Below, one piece after another: positions 40,165 through 49,824 of a DNA stretch of 64,000 nucleotides. The DNA lies in assembly GCA_963833095.1 (NCBI GenBank), contig CAWHWQ010000001.1:160001-224000 (forward strand), given 5' to 3'. The stretch comes from Vulcanimicrobiota bacterium. Its GTDB lineage: Bacteria > Vulcanimicrobiota > Vulcanimicrobiia > Vulcanimicrobiales > Vulcanimicrobiaceae. How positions within the stretch are numbered: position 1 is the first letter of the stretch; every line of letters begins with the position of its first letter. Position numbers and translations under genes: made by a program. Under the pieces are notes generated by a model. The model saw nothing but the letters and a program-made list of their open reading frames with translations, did no database searches and had not been told where the DNA came from.

Positions 40165-41876
40165 TTGTACATCGTTTGGTTTTCGGTGCCCGGAGCATAG
40201 GCGTCGGGATCGAGCCACACGTTGATAACCGCGCAGGTCCCGGACTCGCGTGCGCGCTCGAGCGCCGGCCGAATTTGTTCGGGTTCACGCACGGCCTCGC
40301 CGTAGAACCCAAGCATGTCGGCGAACTTCTCGAAATCCACGTCGCCGAGATAATTTCCCACGTCGCCGCGTTCTTTTCCATACTTCTGGATCTGACCGCA
40401 GCGAATCTGATTCATGTAGCTGTTGTTCCCCACGATGGCGATGTACGGCAAGCCGAAGCGCACCGCGGTTTGCATGTCGAATCCGGTCATTGCGAACGAA
40501 CCGTCGCCAAAGAGAGCGACGACCTCGCGACTCGGATGCGCGAGTTTGGCCGCCATCGCGAAGCCGGTGCCGACGCCGAGTGTCCCGAGCGGGCCCGGGT
40601 CCATCCATAATCCCGGAGCCTTCGGCCGTACGACATTGCCGGCAAAGGTCACGACGTCGCCGCCGTCGCCGACGAAGATCGAGTTGTCGGTGAGGAAGTT
40701 GTCGATCTCGTAGGCGAGACGATACGGGTGAATCGGCCGGGCGTCACTGCGCAGTTTGGGCAAACGCGCTGCAACCGCGGCGTTTTCTTTTTCGCGAAGC
40801 ATCGCGACCCAGGCGTTGCGCGCAGTCGCGGCGTCCTTGTTGCCTCCGGCGGCATGCGCCACCGCAGCGAGGATGACCCCGACGTCCCCGACCAGCCCCA
40901 AATCGACATCTCGGTTACGACCGACGGTCGCATACGACATATCGATCTGCACGACGGTCTTGGCCTTGAGGCTCTTGCCGTAGCGCAGACGGAAGTCGAA
41001 TGGCGTGCCGACGACCACGATAACATCGGCTGCTTCGAATGCGTCGCGACGCGTGAGTTGGAAATTTAGCGGATGATCCGGCGGCAGCGTCCCGCGACCG
41101 GCACCGTTCATATAGGCCGGGATGTTGAGCCGCTCCACGAACTCGCGCGCCGTCTCCGAGGCGCCGCACGTCCACACTTGCTGGCCAAGCAGCACGCACG
41201 GTTTGGTCGACTTCGAGAGAATGTCGGCGAGTCGCTGGATGTCGTTTGGATCGCCTACGCTCTTGGTTGAGGCGCGGTAATGCCCCGCTTGCGGGATCAC
41301 GGCCCTCTCCGGCTCGATCTCATGATCGAGGACCGTGCGCGGAATCTCGAGGTAGACCGGGCCGAACGAGCCGTTGAACGCCTCGCGCGCCGCCATCGAC
41401 ACGAAATCCGCTACGCGTAACGTCGTGGGCACACTCGTTGCAAACTTGGTGATCGGTCGCAACATCTCGACGTGCGGCAGATCTTGCAAGCCACCCATAC
41501 GATGTTGTGCAAGCCCGGCTTGACCGCCGATCAACAACATTGGACTCTCGGCACGAAATGCGTTTGCCACGCCGGTGATCGCATTAGTCGTTCCCGGCCC
41601 CGCGGTTACGACCGCGCAGCCCAAGTTGCCGGTCATGCGCGCATAGCCGTCGGCCGCATGGGCCGCGACCTGCTCGTGGCGCACGTCGATGATCTTGATC
41701 CCTTCGTCGATGCAGCCGTCATAGATGTCGATAATGTGTCCGCCGCAGAGCGTGAAGATCGTATCGACACCTTCAGACTTCAGCGCTTTCGCGACGAGAT
41801 GTCCGCCCGAGAGTTTTTTCTCGGATGCAGTCACCTCCACCGCGGGTTGACTAGGAACTGAAAGCGTTTGCGCCAT
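40161..41876 (-). CDS. ThDP-dependent enzyme, oxalyl-CoA decarboxylase / 2-hydroxyacyl-CoA lyase-like
   Basis: DVRHEQVAAHAADGYAR, DPGPLGTLGVG, GDGSF..NN; coupled to frc. N-terminal LCGGHI differs from the canonical Oxc VVGIP. Confidence 0.85.
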   Translation of the reverse strand: MAQTLSVPSQPAVEVTASEKKLSGGHLVAKALKSEGVDTIFTLCGGHIIDIYDGCIDEGIKIIDVRHEQVAAHAADGYARMTGNLGCAVVTAGPGTTNAITGVANAFRAESPMLLIGGQAGLAQHRMGGLQDLPHVEMLRPITKFATSVPTTLRVADFVSMAAREAFNGSFGPVYLEIPRTVLDHEIEPERAVIPQAGHYRASTKSVGDPNDIQRLADILSKSTKPCVLLGQQVWTCGASETAREFVERLNIPAYMNGAGRGTLPPDHPLNFQLTRRDAFEAADVIVVVGTPFDFRLRYGKSLKAKTVVQIDMSYATVGRNRDVDLGLVGDVGVILAAVAHAAGGNKDAATARNAWVAMLREKENAAVAARLPKLRSDARPIHPYRLAYEIDNFLTDNSIFVGDGGDVVTFAGNVVRPKAPGLWMDPGPLGTLGVGTGFAMAAKLAHPSREVVALFGDGSFAMTGFDMQTAVRFGLPYIAIVGNNSYMNQIRCGQIQKYGKERGDVGNYLGDVDFEKFADMLGFYGEAVREPEQIRPALERARESGTCAVINVWLDPDAYAPGTENQTMYK

Positions 41877-41904
41877 GAACGACCCTTTCAAGACGAGTGA
41901 AGTA

Positions 41905-42615
41905 TCAAATATCGTGAACGTGCGCGGCGACGTGCGCCGCCAAACCTAAAGCATGTTCGCGCACCAACCGCTCGGCGAGTTCGCCCTCGCGCGACTCGAG
42001 TGCCTCGATAATCTGCATATGGTCGACCATCGATCGCTCGAACCGGTGGTCTTCAGAAATCGTGCGATGACGGATCGAGCGAACGTGAATCATGAGTGTC
42101 TCGGCCATGCGCGAAAGCGTCGCCGAACGCGCCAGCTCGATGATGCGTCCGTGGAAGGCCAGATTCGCATCGGAGTATTCGTCGAGTTTAGCGGCGATGG
42201 CGCCGTTCTCAAAGGTCGCGAAAATCGTGCGCAGCGACGCGATCTCGTCGTCATGCGCGCGCTCGGCGACGAGACGAGCGGCCATGCTTTCCAACGCGGC
42301 CCACACCTTGATGATCTCGACGAGCTCGTCTCGGCTCTTACGAAGGATGAAGTAGCCTCGACGCGGCACGCTTTCGACCAGACCTTCGTGTTCGAGCCGC
42401 GCCAGCGCGTCACGAATCGGCGTTCGGCTCACGCCAAGACGCGCGGCCAAGTCACGCTCGTCCAGGCGAAGGTCTTGATCGGCGCGCTCGTAGATGTTCA
42501 TCTCCAGCAAGGCAGAACGCAGCGCCGCATACGCGCGGTGCGCGAAACTCGCTTCGGATTCGAGCCTGACCAAACCCAATGCCACTACCCACGCCCTCCC
42601 AGGGAAAAGTGGCAT
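41905..42615 (-). CDS. GntR/FadR-family regulator (true start may be slightly downstream)
   Basis: LDERDLAARLGVSRTPIRDAL..LEHEGLV; FCD domain NLAFH..DHMQII. Confidence 0.93.
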   Translation of the reverse strand: MPLFPGRAWVVALGLVRLESEASFAHRAYAALRSALLEMNIYERADQDLRLDERDLAARLGVSRTPIRDALARLEHEGLVESVPRRGYFILRKSRDELVEIIKVWAALESMAARLVAERAHDDEIASLRTIFATFENGAIAAKLDEYSDANLAFHGRIIELARSATLSRMAETLMIHVRSIRHRTISEDHRFERSMVDHMQIIEALESREGELAERLVREHALGLAAHVAAHVHDI

Positions 42616-42616
42616 A

Positions 42617-42634
42617 TGGTATCTGGTATACCAG
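42617..42634. promoter_or_regulatory. Putative GntR operator
   Basis: Perfect palindrome CTGGTATACCAG (42623-42634) plus an adjacent TGGTAT half-site. Confidence 0.7.
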
Positions 42635-42683
42635 TTCCTTCGAGGTGCACCAAATTACGGCTAGCCGCACGATGCGGCCGCTT

Positions 42684-43574
42684 CTATTGTTGCTCTAGTT
42701 CATCGAGAGTCTTGGGCCAGTCCGATTTGAGCAGACGCGAGAGGCTGCGGTCGGCGAGCAGCTTGCCGCCGTTCTGGCACTGTGCGCAATAGTTCGTCTC
42801 GTTGCCGGCGTAGCGAATACGTTGCACCGGCCGGCCGCATGTCGGGCAAGGCTGACCATAGCGCCCATGCACGGCAAAGTCTTTGCGAAAGGCCGTGACA
42901 TGCTCGGGAAACCCTTCGTCGGCTTCGGCGCGTAGACGGTCGATCCAGCTCCGCAAGGTGCCGCGTGCGGCGGCGAACAGGCGCTCCCATTGCTCCGGGG
43001 TCAACTTCTGCGTCAACGCAATCGGCGAAAGCTGCGCTGCGTGCAAGATCTCGTCGGAGTACGCATTGCCGATGCCGTCCACGATGCGCGGATCCGTCAG
43101 GGCGCGTTTGAGAGTTCGGTTTTCGGCCGTCAGCGCGGCGCGAAACGCCTCGATGTCGCCGGCAAAAATATCGAGGCCCCCACGATCCATCTCGGCTAAT
43201 GCCGCTTCTCCCGCCACGACGCTAAGTGACGCGCGATGTTTCGAGCCCGCTTCGGTGAGCACGAGCGAACCGCTGGAAAAATCGAACGCCGCCAGGCTAT
43301 TGCGACCGCGAAGCGCGGCCTGCGCCGCGCGCCAGTGGAGGCGCCCCGCGATCATGAGGTGCAGCACCAGCCAAAGGTCGTTGTCCAAACCGATCGCGAT
43401 GCGCTTGCCGATGCGCCGAAGCGAACGAACGCGATGCCCTTCCACTTCCGAAATTGCCGGCTGCGCGGTTCGTAGCAAAAAGGGACTCGCGATCCGCACG
43501 CGCTCGAGCGTTTCGCCGAGGATGCGCCCATCGAGCGCATGCAAGTACGCGGCAATATCCGGAAGTTCAGGCAC
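42684..43574 (-). CDS. Fpg/Nei-family DNA glycosylase
   Basis: MPELPD, HLMIAG, GIGNAYSDEIL, CPTC..CAQC zinc finger. Confidence 0.95.
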   Translation of the reverse strand: MPELPDIAAYLHALDGRILGETLERVRIASPFLLRTAQPAISEVEGHRVRSLRRIGKRIAIGLDNDLWLVLHLMIAGRLHWRAAQAALRGRNSLAAFDFSSGSLVLTEAGSKHRASLSVVAGEAALAEMDRGGLDIFAGDIEAFRAALTAENRTLKRALTDPRIVDGIGNAYSDEILHAAQLSPIALTQKLTPEQWERLFAAARGTLRSWIDRLRAEADEGFPEHVTAFRKDFAVHGRYGQPCPTCGRPVQRIRYAGNETNYCAQCQNGGKLLADRSLSRLLKSDWPKTLDELEQQ

Positions 43575-44484
43575 GGCGAGCGAGCGCTATCGCGGATTGC
43601 ACGCCGGCGTCGTCGAGTGCGATGACGCGCACGCGCGGGAATGCGGCGTGGGCAAGATCGGTCAGGACGTGGCCCGGGATCGCCTCGATGAACATCTTCG
43701 CCCCCATTTCGACGAGCATCGTCGAGGCGTCATGCCAGCGCACTTCATGCGCGACACCAGCGGCGAGATCGTCGCGCAAACCGCGGGCGTCGCGAATAAC
43801 ACGCGGCCCAACGCTGCCGACGTACGTGATCCGGGGATCGCGGATCTCGATCGATGCCAGCACTTCCTCGAGGCGCGCTTGCACCGGCGCAAGCAGCGGA
43901 CAGTGCGACGGCACGGCCACGTCGAGCCGGTCGGCTCGGCGCGCACCGGCTTCTTTGCCCGCGTCGAGAGCGCGCGCGAGCGCCACGTTCTCGCCGGCGA
44001 CGACGCACTGCGTGGGAGCGTTGACATTCGCGACGTACACCTGCGCTCCATCGCCCGAGACTTCGCTAACGATCTCCCGCACGTCGCGCTCCGGCAGACC
44101 GGCGATCACCCCCATACCAAAGCCACCTGGAAAGAGGCGCTCCATCGTGCGGGCTCGCTCGAGAACGACGTGCAGTGCGTCGGCAAACGTCATCGCATGC
44201 GCCGTAACCGCAGCGGCGAACCCACCCACAGAATGTCCGGCGACAACCTGCGCGTAGACCTCGCGCGCTTCGAGGATTCGCGCCGATGCAACGCCGGCAA
44301 CCAGTATGCCGAGCTGTACGTTGACCGTCGACGCCAGGGACGCGACGTCGTCGCGCGTGCGTATATCGTAACCAAGCGCCGCCTGCGCCTCGTCGAAGGT
44401 GCCCGCCGCCAGCGGGTCGCTCGCGATGCGCGCGAACATATCGGGATACTGCGAGCCTTGTCCCGGGAAAAGCAGCGCTAGCAC
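43567..44484 (-). CDS. mdcH: Malonyl-CoA:ACP transacylase of malonate decarboxylase
   Basis: LFPGQGSQ, GHSVG, VPSHCPLL. Confidence 0.9.
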   Translation of the reverse strand: MLALLFPGQGSQYPDMFARIASDPLAAGTFDEAQAALGYDIRTRDDVASLASTVNVQLGILVAGVASARILEAREVYAQVVAGHSVGGFAAAVTAHAMTFADALHVVLERARTMERLFPGGFGMGVIAGLPERDVREIVSEVSGDGAQVYVANVNAPTQCVVAGENVALARALDAGKEAGARRADRLDVAVPSHCPLLAPVQARLEEVLASIEIRDPRITYVGSVGPRVIRDARGLRDDLAAGVAHEVRWHDASTMLVEMGAKMFIEAIPGHVLTDLAHAAFPRVRVIALDDAGVQSAIALARRA

Positions 44485-44485
44485 G

Positions 44486-45886
44486 CTAAGACCAGCTACG
44501 TCGTTCGATCGAGTCCACAAAGAGTGTTGCGGCGAGCAAATCGGCGGCACCGCCCGGCGAGGCGTGGTGCGCGAGCAGCTCGGATTCAAGCGCATCAAAC
44601 GCCTGTCGTCCCGCGCCTGTACCGATCCCGCCTGCGTCAAGGGCGGTGGCGGCGCCGGTTTGCATTGAGCGCAGCGCTGCCCCACCGCCGCGATGGAGCA
44701 CGCAGGTATCGTCGAGTGTGCGCATGATCGTCAAGAGCGCATCGATCCGCGCGACTGCTTCGCTTGCGCCGCGCTCGCGCGCGGCGCGTAGCGCGGGGAG
44801 CGCGCGGTCGACCACGTGGGGAAACCCCGCCTGCGCTTCGCCCATCGCGCCGCGCACACCATAACGCGCGCGCGCGTGCTCGCCATGCGAATCGATGCTG
44901 CCGCGCAAGGAGTCGGGCAATGATGCGATCGTCGCGGCCGTTTGCGCAAGCACGCGGGGATCGTGCGAGCCCGTGCGCGCGTGAGCCGCTAGCAAAAGCC
45001 CAAGCGACCAAATCGCTCCCCGATGCGTGTTGACGCCACCGGTTGCGCGCAGCATCGCTGCCTCCCCGTCACGTCCGATCGCTCCAAGGCGTTCGCGCAA
45101 GGTCGCATCGAGTGAGGCGCTGCGCGCGGCTGCCGCAACCGCTTCAAACGTTTCGCCAAGCGCCACGGCCGAGCGCAGTAACAGCTCAAGCGAAAGATCG
45201 TTGTGCGCGCCGCTGCCGCGCCGATCGACGAGCGCCGGCTTGGGGGTCAACTCCGCCTCGGCAACGAGCACTTGAACGGCAGCCTGCGCGGGAGAGAACG
45301 GCGGGAGGAGCCGCGGCCCACCGGGTGTTTTAACCATCAATTCTCCGCCGCGCAACGCTTCCGCGAGCGCGGCACCATAGTCGTCCCCGAATGCGACCTC
45401 GACGTCGATGCGCACCGGTAAATCAGTAACCGTGCGAGCAAAGGAATGCAGTTGCGCGTCCATCGGCTCAGCGCGAACCAGGACGTCGAGATCACTCTCG
45501 CCGTGCAATGCTGCAATGCCGGTAGCAAGCTCAAATCCGGCCGCCCCAATGGGACCGACGGTTAAAGAACGCGCGCGGGCTTCACGCACGACCGCCTGGA
45601 GCGCGTCAAATGCGCCGTGGCTTCGAGCCGGCGCGAGGCCGGCCAGCATTTCGGGGGTGACGAGTTCCTCAATTTCATCGTCGTGGACGACTGCCGCAAA
45701 GCGCTCTTCGCGGCCCGTTCCGCGCACGCCGATCGCGACGCCCCGATTGACGTGAGCGCGCCGCACGGCAGCCCAAGGAGCGCGCCCAAGACTCGCGCCG
45801 ATCCACCCGGGCGCATCGCCGCTAATCCGCGCGACCGCGGACGAGGTCAGGCGAACGAGGTCGTGCGGACGCGGCCGATCATGCAT
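44486..45886 (-). CDS. Fused MdcG (phosphoribosyl-dephospho-CoA transferase) and MdcB (triphosphoribosyl-dephospho-CoA synthase)
   Basis: N-half RPHDL..VRR..GVRG..R..GFELATG..SDLDV..KT..GP; C-half EAELTPKPALVDRRGSGAH, NTHRGAIW, DDTCVLHRGG, SPGGAADLLA. One open frame. Confidence 0.85.
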   Translation of the reverse strand: MHDRPRPHDLVRLTSSAVARISGDAPGWIGASLGRAPWAAVRRAHVNRGVAIGVRGTGREERFAAVVHDDEIEELVTPEMLAGLAPARSHGAFDALQAVVREARARSLTVGPIGAAGFELATGIAALHGESDLDVLVRAEPMDAQLHSFARTVTDLPVRIDVEVAFGDDYGAALAEALRGGELMVKTPGGPRLLPPFSPAQAAVQVLVAEAELTPKPALVDRRGSGAHNDLSLELLLRSAVALGETFEAVAAAARSASLDATLRERLGAIGRDGEAAMLRATGGVNTHRGAIWSLGLLLAAHARTGSHDPRVLAQTAATIASLPDSLRGSIDSHGEHARARYGVRGAMGEAQAGFPHVVDRALPALRAARERGASEAVARIDALLTIMRTLDDTCVLHRGGGAALRSMQTGAATALDAGGIGTGAGRQAFDALESELLAHHASPGGAADLLAATLFVDSIERRSWS

Positions 45887-46676
45887 CCCATTGCGTCTGC
45901 AGTTCGTCGCGAACCCGCCGCGACAGCGCACGCGTGTGCAACGCCGCGGGCGCGTCGAGTCGCTCGCGAGGATTGCGAAGGCCAAGACTCGGGTTGCGCA
46001 AGACGTCGGTGAGCGCATGCACCACCAAGGCGACGTCTGCGTCGCTGGGCGCGCTTGGATCGCTGACCGGGAAGAGCCGATCGATCCCGCCGAGGGTTGC
46101 GAAGGTGCGTATGTCGCGCGCTGTCGCCGGGACCTCACGCGCGACGCGAGCAAGATCCTCGCGCTCCATGCGCGTGACCCGCGCAACCGCAGCCTCCGAC
46201 ATTACGTGTATCTCGATGCCTTCATCGTCGAGTGCGCCGATCCAACCGGCCTGCAATCCGTGGCACAGAAACGCGCCCGAGATTGCCTTACCGACCACTA
46301 GCGCGAGCACCGGATGCCCGCCGCGACGCGCGCGAATATAGGCGTTGGTCGAAGCGGCGAGCGCGCGTTGCAAGCCGACCGCTTCTTCACGCGTGCCGAA
46401 CGACTGGCCGGGCACGTCGACGATCGCGAGAATCGCGCTTCCCGCGGGTGTGCCGCTCACGGCCGTTGCGAGCCCAAAGCCTTCGTCAATGCCCATCTCG
46501 CCGTTGCGCGCGCGCGGAAAGCGTCCATTCGGATCGGGAACGACGGCTACGGCGCGCACGGCATGCCCACCGATCGACGCGTCCGCCGCGAGCACTGACG
46601 CGGGAAGTCCCGCGATCGGTTTTGCGCCTGCGGTCAAGCGCTCGAACCAGGCGCGTCCACGCACGCTCGCACTCAC
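45879..46676 (-). CDS. mdcE: Malonate decarboxylase gamma subunit
   Basis: FPRARNGEMG, VDVPGQ, GKAISGAFLCHG, HVM...AVARVT. Confidence 0.92.
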   Translation of the reverse strand: MSASVRGRAWFERLTAGAKPIAGLPASVLAADASIGGHAVRAVAVVPDPNGRFPRARNGEMGIDEGFGLATAVSGTPAGSAILAIVDVPGQSFGTREEAVGLQRALAASTNAYIRARRGGHPVLALVVGKAISGAFLCHGLQAGWIGALDDEGIEIHVMSEAAVARVTRMEREDLARVAREVPATARDIRTFATLGGIDRLFPVSDPSAPSDADVALVVHALTDVLRNPSLGLRNPRERLDAPAALHTRALSRRVRDELQTQWDA

Positions 46677-47479
46677 GGCTGTATCTCCATCGCGCGTAAG
46701 AACGCATCGCGTTCAAGACGGGGATCGGGGAATGGCTGCGCAACGAGCGGGCCGAGTTCGCGCGGTTCTTCAAACGCTCGCTCGATGGCAGCTCGAATCG
46801 CTGTGACATCGTCGCTAACCAGTTCGGTAGCAAAGCCCTGGCGAAAGCGGAGCTGGCCGCCGGTCACGCGCCAGATGAGCGGACGATCGGACGAATCCAT
46901 CTCGTCGATTCCCGACTCGGTTTCCACCACATCGGGACCGTTGAGGCCGACGCGAGCGCCTTCGCTAACGATGATTTCGCTGCACAACGCAGTGGAGAGC
47001 GAGAGTCCACCATAGACGCCGACGCGTCCCGCGATCAGCGCAACGACCGGCATCAGCTCGCGCAACGCCACGATGCCGTCGCAAATCTCCGAGACCGCGA
47101 GAATCGCGAGATTGGCTTCCTGCAAGCGGATGCCGCCGGTATCGAGCGCAAGCACCAAACGAGTCGGCGTTCCGCGCTGCGCGTCTCGCCGCGCGAGTTC
47201 GAGCGCTCCCGCAATCTTTGCTCCGCCGATCTCGCCGATCGATCCGCCGAGGAAACGCCCATCGGTTGCAACGACGCATGCGCGCACGCCGCCGATAGTG
47301 CCGCGTGCGACCACGGTGCCATCGTCTGATTGCGGCACGACGCCTTGGGCTTCGAGATACGGCGAAGCAATGCGTTCGAAAGGACCGAGCAATTCGCGAA
47401 AGCTCTGTGGGTCAAGCAACGCACGCGCTCGGTCGCGGGCACCACGCTCGGCAAAGGATTCGGCCAAGAGCAAACTCAC
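46673..47479 (-). CDS. mdcD: Malonate decarboxylase beta subunit
   Basis: ARDRARALLD..FRELLGPF, QSDDG, DTGGIRLQEAN, GLNGPDVVE. Confidence 0.93.
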   Translation of the reverse strand: MSLLLAESFAERGARDRARALLDPQSFRELLGPFERIASPYLEAQGVVPQSDDGTVVARGTIGGVRACVVATDGRFLGGSIGEIGGAKIAGALELARRDAQRGTPTRLVLALDTGGIRLQEANLAILAVSEICDGIVALRELMPVVALIAGRVGVYGGLSLSTALCSEIIVSEGARVGLNGPDVVETESGIDEMDSSDRPLIWRVTGGQLRFRQGFATELVSDDVTAIRAAIERAFEEPRELGPLVAQPFPDPRLERDAFLRAMEIQP

Positions 47480-47772
47480 TGCGCACTCTCCAAAGCTTGT
47501 TCCAAACGCAGCGACACCACAGCCGGCGTCGCGCCGAAATCGTTGATCTCGATCTGTACCGCGACCGGGTTGCGCGTGAAGAACCGCCCCAGTACCGCCT
47601 GCCACGTCGCGCCGAAGCCGCTCACGCTCGTGCGCACGACGATCGAGGAGCGTCCGGCCGGCGCCGGCTCGAGCAAGATCTCGCAGTTGCCGGATGCAAC
47701 AACGCCGACGTGCGCCCGGTGCGCCACTCCATCACTCGCTGGAAACTCATACGTTAACGTCTCGATCATCAC
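47476..47772 (-). CDS. mdcC: Malonate decarboxylase acyl carrier protein (delta)
   Basis: GVVASGNCEIL, NDFGATPAVVSLRLEQA. Confidence 0.95.
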   Translation of the reverse strand: MMIETLTYEFPASDGVAHRAHVGVVASGNCEILLEPAPAGRSSIVVRTSVSGFGATWQAVLGRFFTRNPVAVQIEINDFGATPAVVSLRLEQALESAQ

Positions 47773-49403
47773 CAGCTCCTAAAGCGTTTGGGCGGATCGT
47801 ACAGTCCGCCCGACCACTCGACCAGGTCGCGTACCGAACGCGCCGCCAAGAGCGTGCGGTTGGCCTCGTTACGCCGCACCCCAAGATCTTCGGGGAAGGC
47901 TACGATCCCAGCTTGGCGCAGCGACTGGGTTCGCGTTTCGTCGGCACCAAGGCCGATCTTGGTGACGCCCGCGATCGCCGCCAATGCCGCGCGTCGCTCG
48001 TCGATATCGCGCGCGCGATAGAGATACGCTATACCTTCTTCGGTGACAACGTGCGTGACGTCGTCGCCATAGATCATCACCGGGGCTATCGGAAATCCGG
48101 CGCTGCGCCCCAGTTCGACCGCGTCGAGACGCTCCACGAACGTCGGAACGCCGCTTTCCTGAAAGGTCTCGACGAGTTGCACCACGATCTTGCGTCCCCG
48201 CCGGATCTCTGCGTCCGAGGAAGTCATTTCGAGCCACGCGGTGCTGGAGTGCCGGCGGCCGCGCGGATCGCTGCCTAAGTTGGGAGCGCCCCCGAAACCG
48301 GCGATGCGCCCCAAGGTCGCGGTCGATGAGTTCGCGTCGGGATCGATCTGCAACGTCGATCCGATGAACAGATCCGTCGCGTAAAGACCGGCGGCTTGGC
48401 AAAACGCGCGATTGGAACGCAGCGATCCATCGCGTCCGGTAAAGAACACATCGGGACGCGCAGCAACGTAACGCTCCATGCCAAGCTCGCCGCCATAGCA
48501 ATGCACGCTGCGCACCCATCCGCTCTCGATCGCCGGAATCAGCGTGGGATGCGGATTGAGCACCCAATGCGTGCAAACTTCGCCACGCAAACCCAAACGC
48601 TCACCATAGGTCGGTAGAATCAACTCGATCGCAGCAGTATCGAAGCCGATGCCGTGATTGAGACTCTGCACGCGGTGGCGCTCGTAGATACCGCGTACAA
48701 CGAGCATGGCCATGAGAATCTGCACGTCGCCGATCAGTTCGGGGTCGCGCGTAAAGAGCGGCTCGATTTCGTACGGCTTATCGGCAACAACCACTAAGTC
48801 GACCCAGTCGCCCGGAATATCTACCCTCGTGCAGCGATCGACGACGCGATTAACTTGTGCGATCACGATCCCGTCACGAAAAGCGGTGGCCTCGGCAATC
48901 GTCGGCGTTTCTTCGGTGTTGGGGCCGGTATAGAGGTTGCCATCGGCGTCGGCCTCATCCGCAGCAATGAGCGCAATGTTGGGCGTGAGATCGACGAAAT
49001 AACGCGCGAAGAGCTCGAGATAGGTGTGAATGGCGCCGACGCGTACACGGCCGTCGGCGACCTGCTGCGCCAAACGCAGCGACTGTGGCCCCGAATATGA
49101 GAAATCGACTTGCGAGGCAATGCCGCGCTCAAAGAGCGCAATGTGCTCGGGGCGACCGATGACCGAAATGAGCAGATGCAGGTCGTGGACGCGTTGCGGA
49201 TCGACCGTGGCAAGCGCGCGCGAAAGAAAGTCTGCCTGCTTTTGATTGTTGCCTTCGAGGCAGAGGCGATCGCCCGGCTCGATAAGCTCTTCGAGAACCG
49301 CGACCACGTCGCGTGCCTCGAAACGCCCGTCGCGCACCAAAGCAGAGATGCGCTCCAAGCGCTCGTCCTTGCGCCGGCGGCGCGTATTCCAGGCCGAATT
49401 CAC
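47769..49403 (-). CDS. mdcA: Malonate decarboxylase alpha subunit
   Basis: EGNNQKQADFL, AIHTYLELFARY, LNHGIGFDTAAIE, GFGGAPN, PPKRFRSW. Confidence 0.97.
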   Translation of the reverse strand: MNSAWNTRRRRKDERLERISALVRDGRFEARDVVAVLEELIEPGDRLCLEGNNQKQADFLSRALATVDPQRVHDLHLLISVIGRPEHIALFERGIASQVDFSYSGPQSLRLAQQVADGRVRVGAIHTYLELFARYFVDLTPNIALIAADEADADGNLYTGPNTEETPTIAEATAFRDGIVIAQVNRVVDRCTRVDIPGDWVDLVVVADKPYEIEPLFTRDPELIGDVQILMAMLVVRGIYERHRVQSLNHGIGFDTAAIELILPTYGERLGLRGEVCTHWVLNPHPTLIPAIESGWVRSVHCYGGELGMERYVAARPDVFFTGRDGSLRSNRAFCQAAGLYATDLFIGSTLQIDPDANSSTATLGRIAGFGGAPNLGSDPRGRRHSSTAWLEMTSSDAEIRRGRKIVVQLVETFQESGVPTFVERLDAVELGRSAGFPIAPVMIYGDDVTHVVTEEGIAYLYRARDIDERRAALAAIAGVTKIGLGADETRTQSLRQAGIVAFPEDLGVRRNEANRTLLAARSVRDLVEWSGGLYDPPKRFRSW

Positions 49404-49418
49404 CCGGGGGGAGTTGCG

Positions 49419-49763
49419 CTAGGCCGAAAATCGTACCTGCAACGCGTCGCGCGATTCGCTCAGTTGCAACGCACCCTCGAGCCCGGTGATATTGAAGATG
49501 CGCCGAATTCGCGAACTGACCGGCACGACGACGCCGACGCGGTTCGGTGCCGCATTGGCGGCACGAATAAGCACGTTCAAAATTGTCGAATCCAGGTATT
49601 CGCATCCAGAGAGGTCCACGATTACCGGCAGCTCGCCACGAAGCTTGGCCGCGATCGCCTCGCTAAACCACTGCGCGGCCGCGATATCGAGCTCGCCCTT
49701 GACCGCGAGCACTTCGGCCCAGATAAGTGATTCGTGTCCCAAATCTTTTTGCGAATACGTCAT
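49419..49763 (-). CDS. STAS-domain anti-sigma factor antagonist
   Basis: GELDIAAA..VIVDLSGCEYLDST..RIFNITGL. Confidence 0.88.
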   Translation of the reverse strand: MTYSQKDLGHESLIWAEVLAVKGELDIAAAQWFSEAIAAKLRGELPVIVDLSGCEYLDSTILNVLIRAANAAPNRVGVVVPVSSRIRRIFNITGLEGALQLSESRDALQVRFSA

Positions 49764-49824
49764 GTCTGTACCGTAGCCATAAATCGCGAATAAAACACGT
49801 GGTGACGGTCGGTCTCTTCGGACG

